64,000 bases of DNA from a virus (Duplodnaviria; Caudoviricetes), in the IMG/VR virus record IMGVR_UViG_3300032216_001891, positions 1 through 64,000 of that record. One strand, given 5' to 3'. The notes under the pieces are model-generated. The model searched no databases. It was not told the origin of the DNA and saw nothing but the letters and a program-made list of their open reading frames with translations. Of this stretch, positions 19,145-28,106 are shown one piece after another; position 1 is the stretch's first letter, and each line of letters begins with the position of its first letter. A program made the translations under genes and the position numbers.

Positions 19145-20248
19145 TCACTTAAGCCCTGCCAAACGCTTTAACTCAACTACGTTGGTTCCAACATAGTTTT
19201 CCACGTTATTAGCAGTTTTATCACCAGTTACTACTTGACGACTCTCAGTTAAAACAGTTTGCTTTTCAGCAACTGGCTTAACGGAACTGTTGTTAAGTAC
19301 AGCTGGTAGATACTTATCAAATGCCGACTGTAACTTATCGGTCTGCACTGATTCGAGTAGTTCACTCATTACTGAGGCTTTCTCTTTGTTTAACGGTTTC
19401 AACAATTTTGCAAATGTTTCTTTGCGTTCTGCCGATTCCCGAATAATTTTAATTTCACGTTCTTTTGATTCAACTAATACTGATTTTTCTTCAGCAACTT
19501 GACGAGCTTCAGCAATCGCTTGCTTAGACTGTTGCAATTCAGCTTGCAACTTAGCAACTTCTTTGTTCTCATTTAAGTGAGTAACAGCAAATTCACTAGC
19601 AAAAGCTTCGAATAATCGACGACCAAACATGTTCTCACGAGCAAGTTGGATGTCTTCTTTGAGTTGAGTCATTTCTGTCTCTAGTTTTTCGGCGACTGAT
19701 TCTTTAACAAGTTCTGCACTGCGTTGTACAAAAGTCTTTTGTAACTCGGCTAATTTTTGTTTAGCGCCAGCTACCAATGCAACTTTAGTTTCAACCAATG
19801 CACGTTTGTCTTGTTCAAACTCTTGAATTTCTTCAGCTAACGCTTTGATTACAAAACTTTCGAGTTGAGCAATGCTGTTCTCGTATGTCTTGCGATCTGC
19901 ACGTAGTTCTTGAATTTCTTCAGCAAGTTTAGTAACCATAAAGTTATCAAACTTACCTGCTGATTCCACCATGCGTGAGTTAAACTTTGCACGGTCTTCA
20001 GCTAGAGCTTGTTTTTCTGCTTTAAATTCTTGGATTTCTGCAGATAAGGATTCAGTAACCATTTTGTCTAGAGCTTCAACCATAACACTTTTATCGTGTT
20101 CGTAACGACCAGCAAATTCTTCACGCAATTCTGCACGTACTTGCTCACGTGCTTCAACCAGTTTGGTTTCCCAAGCTTCGTTGATGGCCTGCTGTGTAGA
20201 TTCATTGATAATTCCGCTGTCTAATAATGTTTTGATAGCATCTAACAT
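19145..20248 (-). CDS. gp22: Prohead scaffold/core protein
   Basis: Glu/Lys-rich coiled coil between the protease and MCP genes. Confidence 0.85.
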   Translation of the reverse strand: MLDAIKTLLDSGIINESTQQAINEAWETKLVEAREQVRAELREEFAGRYEHDKSVMVEALDKMVTESLSAEIQEFKAEKQALAEDRAKFNSRMVESAGKFDNFMVTKLAEEIQELRADRKTYENSIAQLESFVIKALAEEIQEFEQDKRALVETKVALVAGAKQKLAELQKTFVQRSAELVKESVAEKLETEMTQLKEDIQLARENMFGRRLFEAFASEFAVTHLNENKEVAKLQAELQQSKQAIAEARQVAEEKSVLVESKEREIKIIRESAERKETFAKLLKPLNKEKASVMSELLESVQTDKLQSAFDKYLPAVLNNSSVKPVAEKQTVLTESRQVVTGDKTANNVENYVGTNVVELKRLAGLK

Positions 20249-20258
20249 TGGATATCTC

Positions 20259-20897
20259 CTATAATTTTAAATCTTTAATAAGGCCTACTACTGCCTTTTC
20301 TAACAACTTTTGTACTCTTTTATCAGTGCTGGCATCACGTGCCATTTCAAACATCTGTTGACCGCCCGTCATATTCATCAAGCCCTCATAGATTGCTTTT
20401 GGATATGCATTTGGTGCACTGGGTTGTGCTACAATGTCTACAGTAACGATTTCAAAATCGCTAACGTGTCCACTTCCTTCATTTACCTGACCAGATCCAC
20501 GACTGCTAACTCCCAGTTTAACGCCGCTTGTTAGCATGGCTTCTACCAGTTGTCCCATTGGGGTAGGTAATACTTTTAATTTTCCATAACCTGTGGGGCC
20601 ATCCATCCACATTTTAGTGATCATATGGCTCACACGGTCTAGATTAATTTTTAAATCATCCGGGTGATCTACTTCGCCTAATACCGAGTAGCCACCTTTG
20701 ATTTGATCGTTGATAGCAGAAACAGCACGTTCAATTTCTTGTACAGGATAAACACGTTGGTTAGCGTTTTTAACGCCGCCCTGGATGAATATCCCTTCCA
20801 TATAGAAATGCTTTTTGTCAGAACCCTCAGATGACTCCGACAACACCTTCATTTCGGCATTGTCAAAAGTCAAATGTTCTTTTAAAATTGTAGGCAT
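20259..20897 (-). CDS. gp21: Prohead protease
   Basis: EGIFIQG..KNANQRVYP, GEVDHP, GVSSRGSG and DIVAQPSAPNA motifs. Confidence 0.95.
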   Translation of the reverse strand: MPTILKEHLTFDNAEMKVLSESSEGSDKKHFYMEGIFIQGGVKNANQRVYPVQEIERAVSAINDQIKGGYSVLGEVDHPDDLKINLDRVSHMITKMWMDGPTGYGKLKVLPTPMGQLVEAMLTSGVKLGVSSRGSGQVNEGSGHVSDFEIVTVDIVAQPSAPNAYPKAIYEGLMNMTGGQQMFEMARDASTDKRVQKLLEKAVVGLIKDLKL

Positions 20898-20921
20898 ACT
20901 GTTTCTCGGTTCAAGTACGAA

Positions 20922-21920
20922 TTAACGTACTCGTCCTCCAATTTCAGATTTTGGGTTGATTGAACCGCCCATTGTCTCTTTTGCGCCGGCTTGCTTGCCT
21001 GACTCAGTGCCTTTTTTCTCAGCTCCGTGACCTTCTGCTGGAGCTTTTTGGTTCCACGGCTTGTTGCCACCTTTTTGATTTTTGTAGCCACCGTCTTTGG
21101 TTGCTAAAGGTTGCTCTTTTTTGCCCTTGGTATACTCGTTACTTGGCTCTGGAATTGGCTTGCCGTCTGCTGCTTTTTCTGAGCCGCCACGTGCAATGTT
21201 GTCAGTTGTTTCGCCATCAAACTTGCCTAGATCCTTGTTACGCACTACACCTTTGTTGTTGATTGCGGGCTTAGAATCGCCATCAGTAGCTGTACCTTTG
21301 CCAACTACTGAACCTTTTTCACTGGTCACGTTGGGATTGTAGATGTCGGCCATTTTGTTAACGTATTCTTTCATAACTTCTACGTCACTTAATTTACGTG
21401 AGCGTGATTCAAATGGTTTGTTGTCGGTGTCAGACTCTTCTGCATCATGATCCATTTCTGGCTCGTCTGTATCAAAGTCACTGTCCATCTCTGGCTCTTC
21501 GTGATCCATGTCATCCATGCTGTCCATGTCAGACTCTTCTCCGCCTAACATGTCCTTGAGTTCTGCCAATTGTGCTTCGAGGTCATCAATTTTACTAACA
21601 ATCTCTGAATGCTCGTCATGCTCGTCGCCTTCTGGGCCACCAAATGTTTCGGCTTCGTCGTCGAATTCATCGTCGCCACCGTCTAATTCAATTTCGCCCA
21701 TTTCTTCGTCGTCTTCGCCGAGACCGTGTTGTTGAGCTGCGTCATCTTGTTGATGCATATCTTGCACAAATCCTTGGGCTTGACCGCCACCGATTTCTTC
21801 GTCCATTAAACTCTCATAAATGTCGCGTGATTTCTCAACTACGATTTTATGGAATAATGCTTTAGCTGCTGCCTCGTCATCGTTGATAATGTGTTCTATC
21901 AACTGTTCGTATTTGTTCAT
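20922..21920 (-). CDS. Acidic prohead core protein (gp67-like position)
   Basis: 332 aa, very D/E-rich N-terminal half and G/K-rich C-terminal half, between portal and protease, AAGGAG SD. Confidence 0.6.
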   Translation of the reverse strand: MNKYEQLIEHIINDDEAAAKALFHKIVVEKSRDIYESLMDEEIGGGQAQGFVQDMHQQDDAAQQHGLGEDDEEMGEIELDGGDDEFDDEAETFGGPEGDEHDEHSEIVSKIDDLEAQLAELKDMLGGEESDMDSMDDMDHEEPEMDSDFDTDEPEMDHDAEESDTDNKPFESRSRKLSDVEVMKEYVNKMADIYNPNVTSEKGSVVGKGTATDGDSKPAINNKGVVRNKDLGKFDGETTDNIARGGSEKAADGKPIPEPSNEYTKGKKEQPLATKDGGYKNQKGGNKPWNQKAPAEGHGAEKKGTESGKQAGAKETMGGSINPKSEIGGRVR

Positions 21921-21965
21921 GTAATTCTCCTTTAAAGTAGCCGTGTTTTATTAAGCTATATATTA

Positions 21966-21972
21966 TATTTAA
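21966..21972 (-). promoter_or_regulatory. Late promoter box (TTAAATA)
   Basis: Intergenic, upstream of 21920. Confidence 0.5.
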
Positions 21973-22040
21973 TGATTTTGATAATATTGGGGGTCAAACA
22001 GGTGGTTTTTGCGGTATTTTTATGAAATGCTATAAAAACG

Positions 22041-22265
22041 TTACATCATTCCGCCTTCTGCGGGTGCAGAGGCATATTGAATCTTGGTTTGTTTCATCTT
22101 TTCTTCAAACTCTACTTTGCGAACATCCGATGCCATTCTTAAACGATTCAAGTGATTTAACGTTAATCTTGTCTTTCTAAGATCGTTGAGATGCTGAACG
22201 CTGTTGTCGTCTTTTTCAATTTCTCTGCCCGGTAGGGCTTCGTCATACATTTCAGTTAGGAACAT
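22041..22265 (-). CDS. Small head-module protein
   Basis: 74 aa, RKTRLTLNHLNRLR motif, downstream of the portal gene. Confidence 0.65.
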   Translation of the reverse strand: MFLTEMYDEALPGREIEKDDNSVQHLNDLRKTRLTLNHLNRLRMASDVRKVEFEEKMKQTKIQYASAPAEGGMM

Positions 22266-22272
22266 AGTAAAG

Positions 22273-22279
22273 TATTTAC
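22273..22279 (-). promoter_or_regulatory. Late promoter box (GTAAATA), probably leaderless transcript
   Basis: 7 nt before ATG 22265, no SD. Confidence 0.5.
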
Positions 22280-22288
22280 CAAAAACTC

Positions 22289-24010
22289 TTAAGCGACGCC
22301 GGGTGCGGATGCTGCTGGTGCTGGCCCTCCAGTGGGTGTACCTGCTCCCGCGGCGGCTCCGCCGGCTTCGGCTCCGGGCACTTCACTGCCTTCGGGTGGG
22401 GGTGCTAGATTTTCTAAATCACTGGCAATGCCACCGGCACTGATGCCTGCGGCTCGCATTGAACTTTGTCCTGCGTCCGGAGCTTCGGCCTCGCCTTTTT
22501 CCTCCTGCCACAGCATTTCATTTTCGCTCATTTCCATTTCAGTCAAGCCCAAGTAACGCTTCATTAGGAAACGTTTGCTGAGATAGGGGATCTGTTCCAA
22601 CTGTGTAAATGTAGCAATTTTAGCCGAATCAATGTCGGCTTGACGATACTGTGCAAAGTTTTGTGGCTCATTAAATGTCAAATCAAACAGTTGTCCGTCG
22701 ATGTTGATGCCGCGCCACTTCATAAACATCTTGAATTCTTTGTCTAGTCGATCCACAATCATGGCCTGTAGTCGCATGCAGTACTGGTTAAATCTCCATT
22801 CTTGTATCAGGGCCACTCCGGTTTTGCCGTCGCTGAAACTGCTGCCACCGTTGTCATCTCCCGTGGGGTGTGGCAAATAACTCGAGGGAATACGTAAACC
22901 ACGGAATAGTTTATTGGTAAAGAAGCGTAGGTCTGTGATTTCGCCCAAATTCTGTCCGCCCGGTAGTATTTCTACGCTAGAGCCTCTGCCGTCAGCTGTT
23001 TGTGGGAAGAAGAAGTCTTCGTTTGTGCTTAAAGGGTTATATGTGGCATCCATCATGTTTTGACCGCTGGCACTTTGTGTGGGGATTCTACGCTGACTTA
23101 TTTCGTTTTTAACACGTTCAATAAACGCCATGGCCATGTGTGTGGGCATGTTGCCCACGTCAATTTTAAACATTCTACGCTCTGGAGCACGTTGCACACG
23201 ATAGATAATGATCGAATCTTCCAGTAATTCTTTCTGTTTAAACACTTTAAAAATATTTTCCAACACACTATTACCAAATGGCCAAAATATGTCCAAGCCT
23301 TCAGTCAAACTCAAGTGCACCACATGTTCTGCATCCACTACTGATTCGTTTTGTGCATGACTGAATCTTGACCCTCCCGAATACGGGGTCCTTGGTTGCA
23401 CATAAGCACCGCTGGCTCCGCCCACTTGTGGGTGATTGGTAAATGTGTCCGATGTGGTCACTGCTGTTGTAGTTAAGTTTTGAAAGTTGGGATTGATGTC
23501 TTTTACTACATACTGCTCGGGTTTTTTACCCTCGCTTTCGTTTACAATCACTTTGGTGACCTTGCTCATTTCTGTCCAAAACAGTTTAAATGTCTCGGGG
23601 TCACGTATAAACACTTGATCACCGTACTTGATGGTGTTGCGTACAATTTTAAAGATACGCTTGTTTAATTCGTTGAGATTGACCCACTGTTGCAGTTGTT
23701 CTTTGATGATTTTAACTTCGTTGTCTGTGGGTTTTTCGTGAAAGTGTATGTCAAATGCTGTGAGGTTTTCGTCGTTCTTTTGTGTGCAGAACTCGGCCAA
23801 GATGTCTAAGGCTGCATTGACTTCCGAGTCCATGTCCATTTGCTCGTACTGGTTATAACGTTCAATACGGTTTGGGTGTCCAATATAAACTTCGGGTAAG
23901 TTGCTGCCAAACTTGGTGTGTCCCGGAGCAGCCATTGCGGAAGTACCACTGCCTATGGGGCTTGTAGCTCCAGGTATGTTACTGGTCTTGAAATATTTTC
24001 GCCATGCCAT
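22289..24010 (-). CDS. gp20: Portal protein
   Basis: LLEDSIIIYRVQRAPERRMFKIDVGNMP, EDFFFP and LPGGQNLGEITD are gp20 motifs. Confidence 0.96.
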   Translation of the reverse strand: MAWRKYFKTSNIPGATSPIGSGTSAMAAPGHTKFGSNLPEVYIGHPNRIERYNQYEQMDMDSEVNAALDILAEFCTQKNDENLTAFDIHFHEKPTDNEVKIIKEQLQQWVNLNELNKRIFKIVRNTIKYGDQVFIRDPETFKLFWTEMSKVTKVIVNESEGKKPEQYVVKDINPNFQNLTTTAVTTSDTFTNHPQVGGASGAYVQPRTPYSGGSRFSHAQNESVVDAEHVVHLSLTEGLDIFWPFGNSVLENIFKVFKQKELLEDSIIIYRVQRAPERRMFKIDVGNMPTHMAMAFIERVKNEISQRRIPTQSASGQNMMDATYNPLSTNEDFFFPQTADGRGSSVEILPGGQNLGEITDLRFFTNKLFRGLRIPSSYLPHPTGDDNGGSSFSDGKTGVALIQEWRFNQYCMRLQAMIVDRLDKEFKMFMKWRGINIDGQLFDLTFNEPQNFAQYRQADIDSAKIATFTQLEQIPYLSKRFLMKRYLGLTEMEMSENEMLWQEEKGEAEAPDAGQSSMRAAGISAGGIASDLENLAPPPEGSEVPGAEAGGAAAGAGTPTGGPAPAASAPGVA

Positions 24011-24031
24011 TGTGAATTGTCCTCTATGCTA

Positions 24032-24038
24032 TATTTAG
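24032..24038 (-). promoter_or_regulatory. Late promoter box (CTAAATA)
   Basis: Upstream of the portal SD and ATG. Confidence 0.6.
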
Positions 24039-24042
24039 CGTA

Positions 24043-26904
24043 TTATGTACTAGCATAAAGAAGTTTTTGTGCTATGTCTCTTTGATCCATCAAGGTTTTC
24101 GCAATTACCTCCATAATTTCATATTGCTTGATTTGCCAAGCGTCAACTTCTTTTTGCTTGTCTATCTTGGTGGCATAGTCGCCCAAGGCTGCATCAACTT
24201 TTGATTTGGCACGGTCTGTTTCTGTTATTTGTTTCATCATATCGTTCAAACCAATCATTGGATTGGTAATATCTTTAAGTGCCAGGGAAAAATCTGCTGG
24301 ATTAAATTTTGTTACGGTGTCGGCTATTTGTGCTGTCATGTCGCGAGACATGTTTAAGGACATATCTTTAAAAGTACCAGACAATTCTTCTGGAGTAAAT
24401 TTAGTTCCTGTGGTGGCCATTTGTGCAGTTATGTTTTGAGACAGGTCCTTAAACATGTCTTTGAAAGTACTAGCTAGAGCCTCTGGGGTAAATTTAGTTC
24501 CTGCGGTGGCCATTTGTGTAGTTATGTCCCGAGACAAGTCCTTAAATGTGTCCTTAAACATGTCTTTAAGTGCAATGTTTTTAAGTGCAAGAGAAAAATT
24601 TTCTGGAGTAAGCGTTTTTGCTAAATCAATCATTTGTGCAGAGATGTCTTGCGACTGGGTCGCTTGTTGTTTTGACTGTGCTGTCGCTGATCCAATAAAC
24701 GTTGCTACCAAATCCAACATTTGTGCAGAGATGTCTTGTGACTGTGGTTTCAATTGTGTTGTTGACAATCCTGCACTGGCGTTGGAAAACTTGTCTATTA
24801 TTGCTTTGTATCCGTCTGTGCCCGTCTTTATTGTGCCATCTGCTTGCAATGGTAGTACCAGCTCATTGCCGTGTAACATAGATAAAAATCCAGTGGTTGG
24901 GCCCGATGCAATGCCACCGCCGTCAAATTGCGGAATATTGCTGAAATAGTCTGCGCCGGTTTGTTGCACATTTGCTTCTCCGGCTTTGTTGTATTTGTCA
25001 TTGGCCTTACTTTGACTTTCCGTCATCCCTATCTGGAAGAATTTTTGAAAGAATCCACCTCCTTCAAATGCTTTTTTATAGTCAGCCGCAGCTGTTGCCA
25101 ATTGTTTTCTATTTTCCTCATCGCCGGGTTTCGCTGTAAGACTTGCTACATCAAACCCACTGTTGATAAATTTAATGGCTTTGTCAAATGCTTCTGCAGT
25201 TGCGTCTGCTGTTCTTTTTAATATTTCCCCGTACTCTTCTAAATGCTCTCCAGCCAGTTCTTCCATTCGTACTGCATTGTCCTGCATTGTTTTTGTTATA
25301 CTTGCAAAATTTGATTCAAGGCTGTTGGCACTTGCAGCCAATTTGGCCTGTGCATCCGATGCATCCTTAGATGCTTGCGTTGTACCTTCTTCAAGTTTGG
25401 CACCTGCCATTATTAATGAATTGTTAAGAGTGCTCACAGCTTGCAATTGACCATCGCCACTGAGCCTTCCGGCCATAGCAAGTGTTCTTGTATCTTCTAA
25501 ATGTTCTCTAGCATACTTTCCTGTCTGTTCGGTTAGTTTTCCGGACTCAATTAGTGCATCTTGTTGTTTTTTGTTTGCATCGCCCAGCGTTTCGTACTGC
25601 TGGCGATACTGTTCCATAATTTTAGGATTTTGTGTAATGGCTACGTTGGTTGCTGCATCGGCGATAGCAGTTCCGCCGGTACTAACAAACTCCATATAGC
25701 CCTTTTTCATAGCTTCCGGCATTGTAGCCAATTGTGCTTGTAATTTTTTTACAGCTTCGGGACCACCCTTGGCATAAGCTTCGGCCATTAAATCGGCTTC
25801 CATGGCTTGTGCCTTAGCTTTTTCCATTAATTTTTTAGCATCTTCACCAGTGATGTCGCTGATAATTTTTAAATTTTGTGCATATTCTCTAGCACCGCGG
25901 GCAAGTTCTGCAGGAGCAATATTTTTCAAATTTTCGCCAGCACTGCGTTGTTGTGCCATGTACTGAGCCATAATTTCGCCCTGCTCTTGATAATTATAAC
26001 CCAAAGCCAACATCTCGTTGCGTAAACTAGCACCACTCTTTCCTATAGTGTCCTTTGCAGACAACATGCCTTTGGCCAAAACTTTTACTGCATCGCCTTG
26101 GCTCAATCCCGATTCTCTCAGTTCTTGTCTAGAATTTTTTGCAGCATCTTGCAACAATGTTAAACTCAACCCAGCATCGTTTGCTATTGTACGCATTTCC
26201 AACATACCGTTGGCAAAACTGGCACCTTGCTTGGTATACACGTCCAGTGCTGTGGCAGACTTTTGAAACTCCTTGGCCATTACATCATTGGCTGTGTGTA
26301 GCACTGCGGCGGCTAGATCTGCCATGCCCTTGGTAGCAGCAGCAGCGGCATCACCTAGCCCAGAAATTATAGGTCCAACGATTGGGATTCCACCAAATGC
26401 ATGTGCTACTCCTGCACTGGCATCCGCTGCACCTTTTACAGCAGTGTTGGCCATGCTAATAAAGGTGTTTACCTGTCCTGCAGCGGCTCCTATGGGGTTT
26501 TTGGCCATTTCGTCATAGGAGGTGGCCATTTGTACGCCAAGGCCGATAACACTTTTGCCCAAGCTGCCTATGGTTCCGGTTATGGCACTAACTGCTTGCA
26601 CACCGCCCAGTAACGCCCGTTCAAACTTCAGTTGTGACAAGGCCACTTCACGTTCGGCCGCTAGTGCTTTTTTCTGTTCTTTAGTAAGTCCTGCTAGAGA
26701 TTTTTCATATTCATCGGCAGCTTTCTTTTGACTCTGGTAATCTTTTACCATGTTTTTAAAGATGCCTTGCGATGAATCTTGCTTTTTGGCATCTTTGCTG
26801 GACTTGTCCATTACTGCTAGGATTTTAGTCAAGGTTTCCTCAGAAGCTGCATTGGTAGCAACTACTTCGCCTACACCGGGTATGTTGATTTTTACATCTG
26901 CCAT
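24043..26904 (-). CDS. Tape measure protein
   Basis: 953 aa, Ala/Gln/Lys-rich and helical, with FDGGGIASGP..G....LHGNELVLP motif. Lies next to the tail-chaperone-like pair. Confidence 0.75.
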   Translation of the reverse strand: MADVKINIPGVGEVVATNAASEETLTKILAVMDKSSKDAKKQDSSQGIFKNMVKDYQSQKKAADEYEKSLAGLTKEQKKALAAEREVALSQLKFERALLGGVQAVSAITGTIGSLGKSVIGLGVQMATSYDEMAKNPIGAAAGQVNTFISMANTAVKGAADASAGVAHAFGGIPIVGPIISGLGDAAAAATKGMADLAAAVLHTANDVMAKEFQKSATALDVYTKQGASFANGMLEMRTIANDAGLSLTLLQDAAKNSRQELRESGLSQGDAVKVLAKGMLSAKDTIGKSGASLRNEMLALGYNYQEQGEIMAQYMAQQRSAGENLKNIAPAELARGAREYAQNLKIISDITGEDAKKLMEKAKAQAMEADLMAEAYAKGGPEAVKKLQAQLATMPEAMKKGYMEFVSTGGTAIADAATNVAITQNPKIMEQYRQQYETLGDANKKQQDALIESGKLTEQTGKYAREHLEDTRTLAMAGRLSGDGQLQAVSTLNNSLIMAGAKLEEGTTQASKDASDAQAKLAASANSLESNFASITKTMQDNAVRMEELAGEHLEEYGEILKRTADATAEAFDKAIKFINSGFDVASLTAKPGDEENRKQLATAAADYKKAFEGGGFFQKFFQIGMTESQSKANDKYNKAGEANVQQTGADYFSNIPQFDGGGIASGPTTGFLSMLHGNELVLPLQADGTIKTGTDGYKAIIDKFSNASAGLSTTQLKPQSQDISAQMLDLVATFIGSATAQSKQQATQSQDISAQMIDLAKTLTPENFSLALKNIALKDMFKDTFKDLSRDITTQMATAGTKFTPEALASTFKDMFKDLSQNITAQMATTGTKFTPEELSGTFKDMSLNMSRDMTAQIADTVTKFNPADFSLALKDITNPMIGLNDMMKQITETDRAKSKVDAALGDYATKIDKQKEVDAWQIKQYEIMEVIAKTLMDQRDIAQKLLYAST

Positions 26905-26915
26905 AGTTTTTTACG

Positions 26916-26941
26916 ATAAATAAACTTATACATCTATTTAT
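26916..26941. promoter_or_regulatory. Face-to-face late promoter pair (ATAAATA + at 26916-26922, ATAAATA - at 26935-26941)
   Basis: Both boxes lie in the 52-bp gap between the divergent TMP and gp26-like genes. Confidence 0.6.
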
Positions 26942-26956
26942 GGAGTTCAATTAACC

Positions 26957-27799
26957 ATGTCAAATCCCGCTAACAATCCTTTATCCGGTCATTTTAGGCA
27001 ACCGGCAATTTATTTAAAACTGCCCAGTCGCGGACGTTTTTATCCCAATAACACTATAGATTTACCAGTGACAGGAGAAATCCCTGTGTATCCCATGACT
27101 GTGCGTGACGAATTAACACTGAAAACCCCTGACGCATTGATGAACGGGGTGGGAATAATTAATGTTATTAAAAGTTGTTGTCCAAATATTCAAGATCCGT
27201 GGACCATGCCGGCAGTGGACTTGGATCCCGTTTTTATTGCCATACGTTTGGCCAGTTATGGTAAGGGCATGGACATCGATTGTATTTGTTCGCACTGCAA
27301 GGCCAACAACGAATACACAGTGGACTTGTCTGTGATACTGGATGGACTAGAGCAGGCCGATTATTCTACACCCGTGAAGATTGATGGATTGACATTTAAT
27401 TTCCGTCCACAGACTTACCAAGACATAAATCAAGCTGGACTTATAACCTACGAAGAACAACGTTTAGTTGATTCCATCATACTCAACGATGCCCTGAGTC
27501 AAGAAGAAAAAACAGCCCAATTCAATGCCAGCTTTGCAAAACTACAGCAAATGAATGTAGATTCAGTTACAGTAAGCATACACAGTATCGAAACCGAAGA
27601 TAACATTGTGGTAAAGGATCGCGAGCAAATCGCTGAATTTTTAAATCAGTGCAGTAGACAAGTGTACAACAGCATCAAAGATCATATACAGTCCCTAGTG
27701 GATACTTTTAAAGTAAAACCTTTGAAGATTATTTGTAGCGACTGCGAAAAAGAATTTGAAAACACACTAACATTTAATCAATCAAATTTTTTCGAATGA
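26957..27799 (+). CDS. gp26: Baseplate hub assembly/tail chaperone protein (T4 gp26-like)
   Basis: IYLKLPSRG, PMTVRDE, IAIRLASYG and two CxxC pairs (CSHC, CSDC). Ends NFFE. Confidence 0.8.
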   Translation: MSNPANNPLSGHFRQPAIYLKLPSRGRFYPNNTIDLPVTGEIPVYPMTVRDELTLKTPDALMNGVGIINVIKSCCPNIQDPWTMPAVDLDPVFIAIRLASYGKGMDIDCICSHCKANNEYTVDLSVILDGLEQADYSTPVKIDGLTFNFRPQTYQDINQAGLITYEEQRLVDSIILNDALSQEEKTAQFNASFAKLQQMNVDSVTVSIHSIETEDNIVVKDREQIAEFLNQCSRQVYNSIKDHIQSLVDTFKVKPLKIICSDCEKEFENTLTFNQSNFFE

Positions 27800-27869
27800 G
27801 GCTTTTGACTCTAACTACAGAAGAAATTTTTACGTGGTTGGATCAAATGGAACAGGAGTCAAAAGCCTT
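27787..27869 (+). promoter_or_regulatory. Programmed -1 ribosomal frameshift cassette (slippery T TTT TTC plus 13-bp stem)
   Basis: In-phase heptamer at 27787-27793 and perfect inverted repeat 27799-27811/27856-27868. The -1 frame is ORF 27796..28023. Confidence 0.7.
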
Positions 27870-28023
27870 GAGAGCCGAGCTGTTTAGTTTTTGTTGGTAC
27901 ATGCGTGGAGGTCTCACCTACAGCGAAGCCATGGAGCTGAGCTCCGAAGAACGACAGTTGATAGCCAAACTGATAAAAGAAAACATGGAAGTCACAAACA
28001 AATCGGGTATGCCATTCTTTTGA
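27796..28023 (+). CDS. gp51-like baseplate hub assembly protein, probably also the C-terminal part of a frameshift fusion
   Basis: WYMRGGLTYSEAMELSSEER motif, no SD, -1 frame relative to the gp26-like ORF. Confidence 0.7.
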   Translation: MRLLTLTTEEIFTWLDQMEQESKALRAELFSFCWYMRGGLTYSEAMELSSEERQLIAKLIKENMEVTNKSGMPFF

Positions 28024-28045
28024 TTTCTTCGAGTCTATCCTTTTG

Positions 28046-28096
28046 AGATTAGCTCTGCTAATCTATTTCTTTCACTTCGTTCAGAAATCTTTTTTT
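28046..28096 (+). terminator. Terminator-like hairpins at the convergence of transcription units
   Basis: AGATTAGC-tct-GCTAATCT, then ATTTCT...AGAAAT and a T7 run. Confidence 0.5.
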
Positions 28097-28106
28097 AATT
28101 ATTAAC

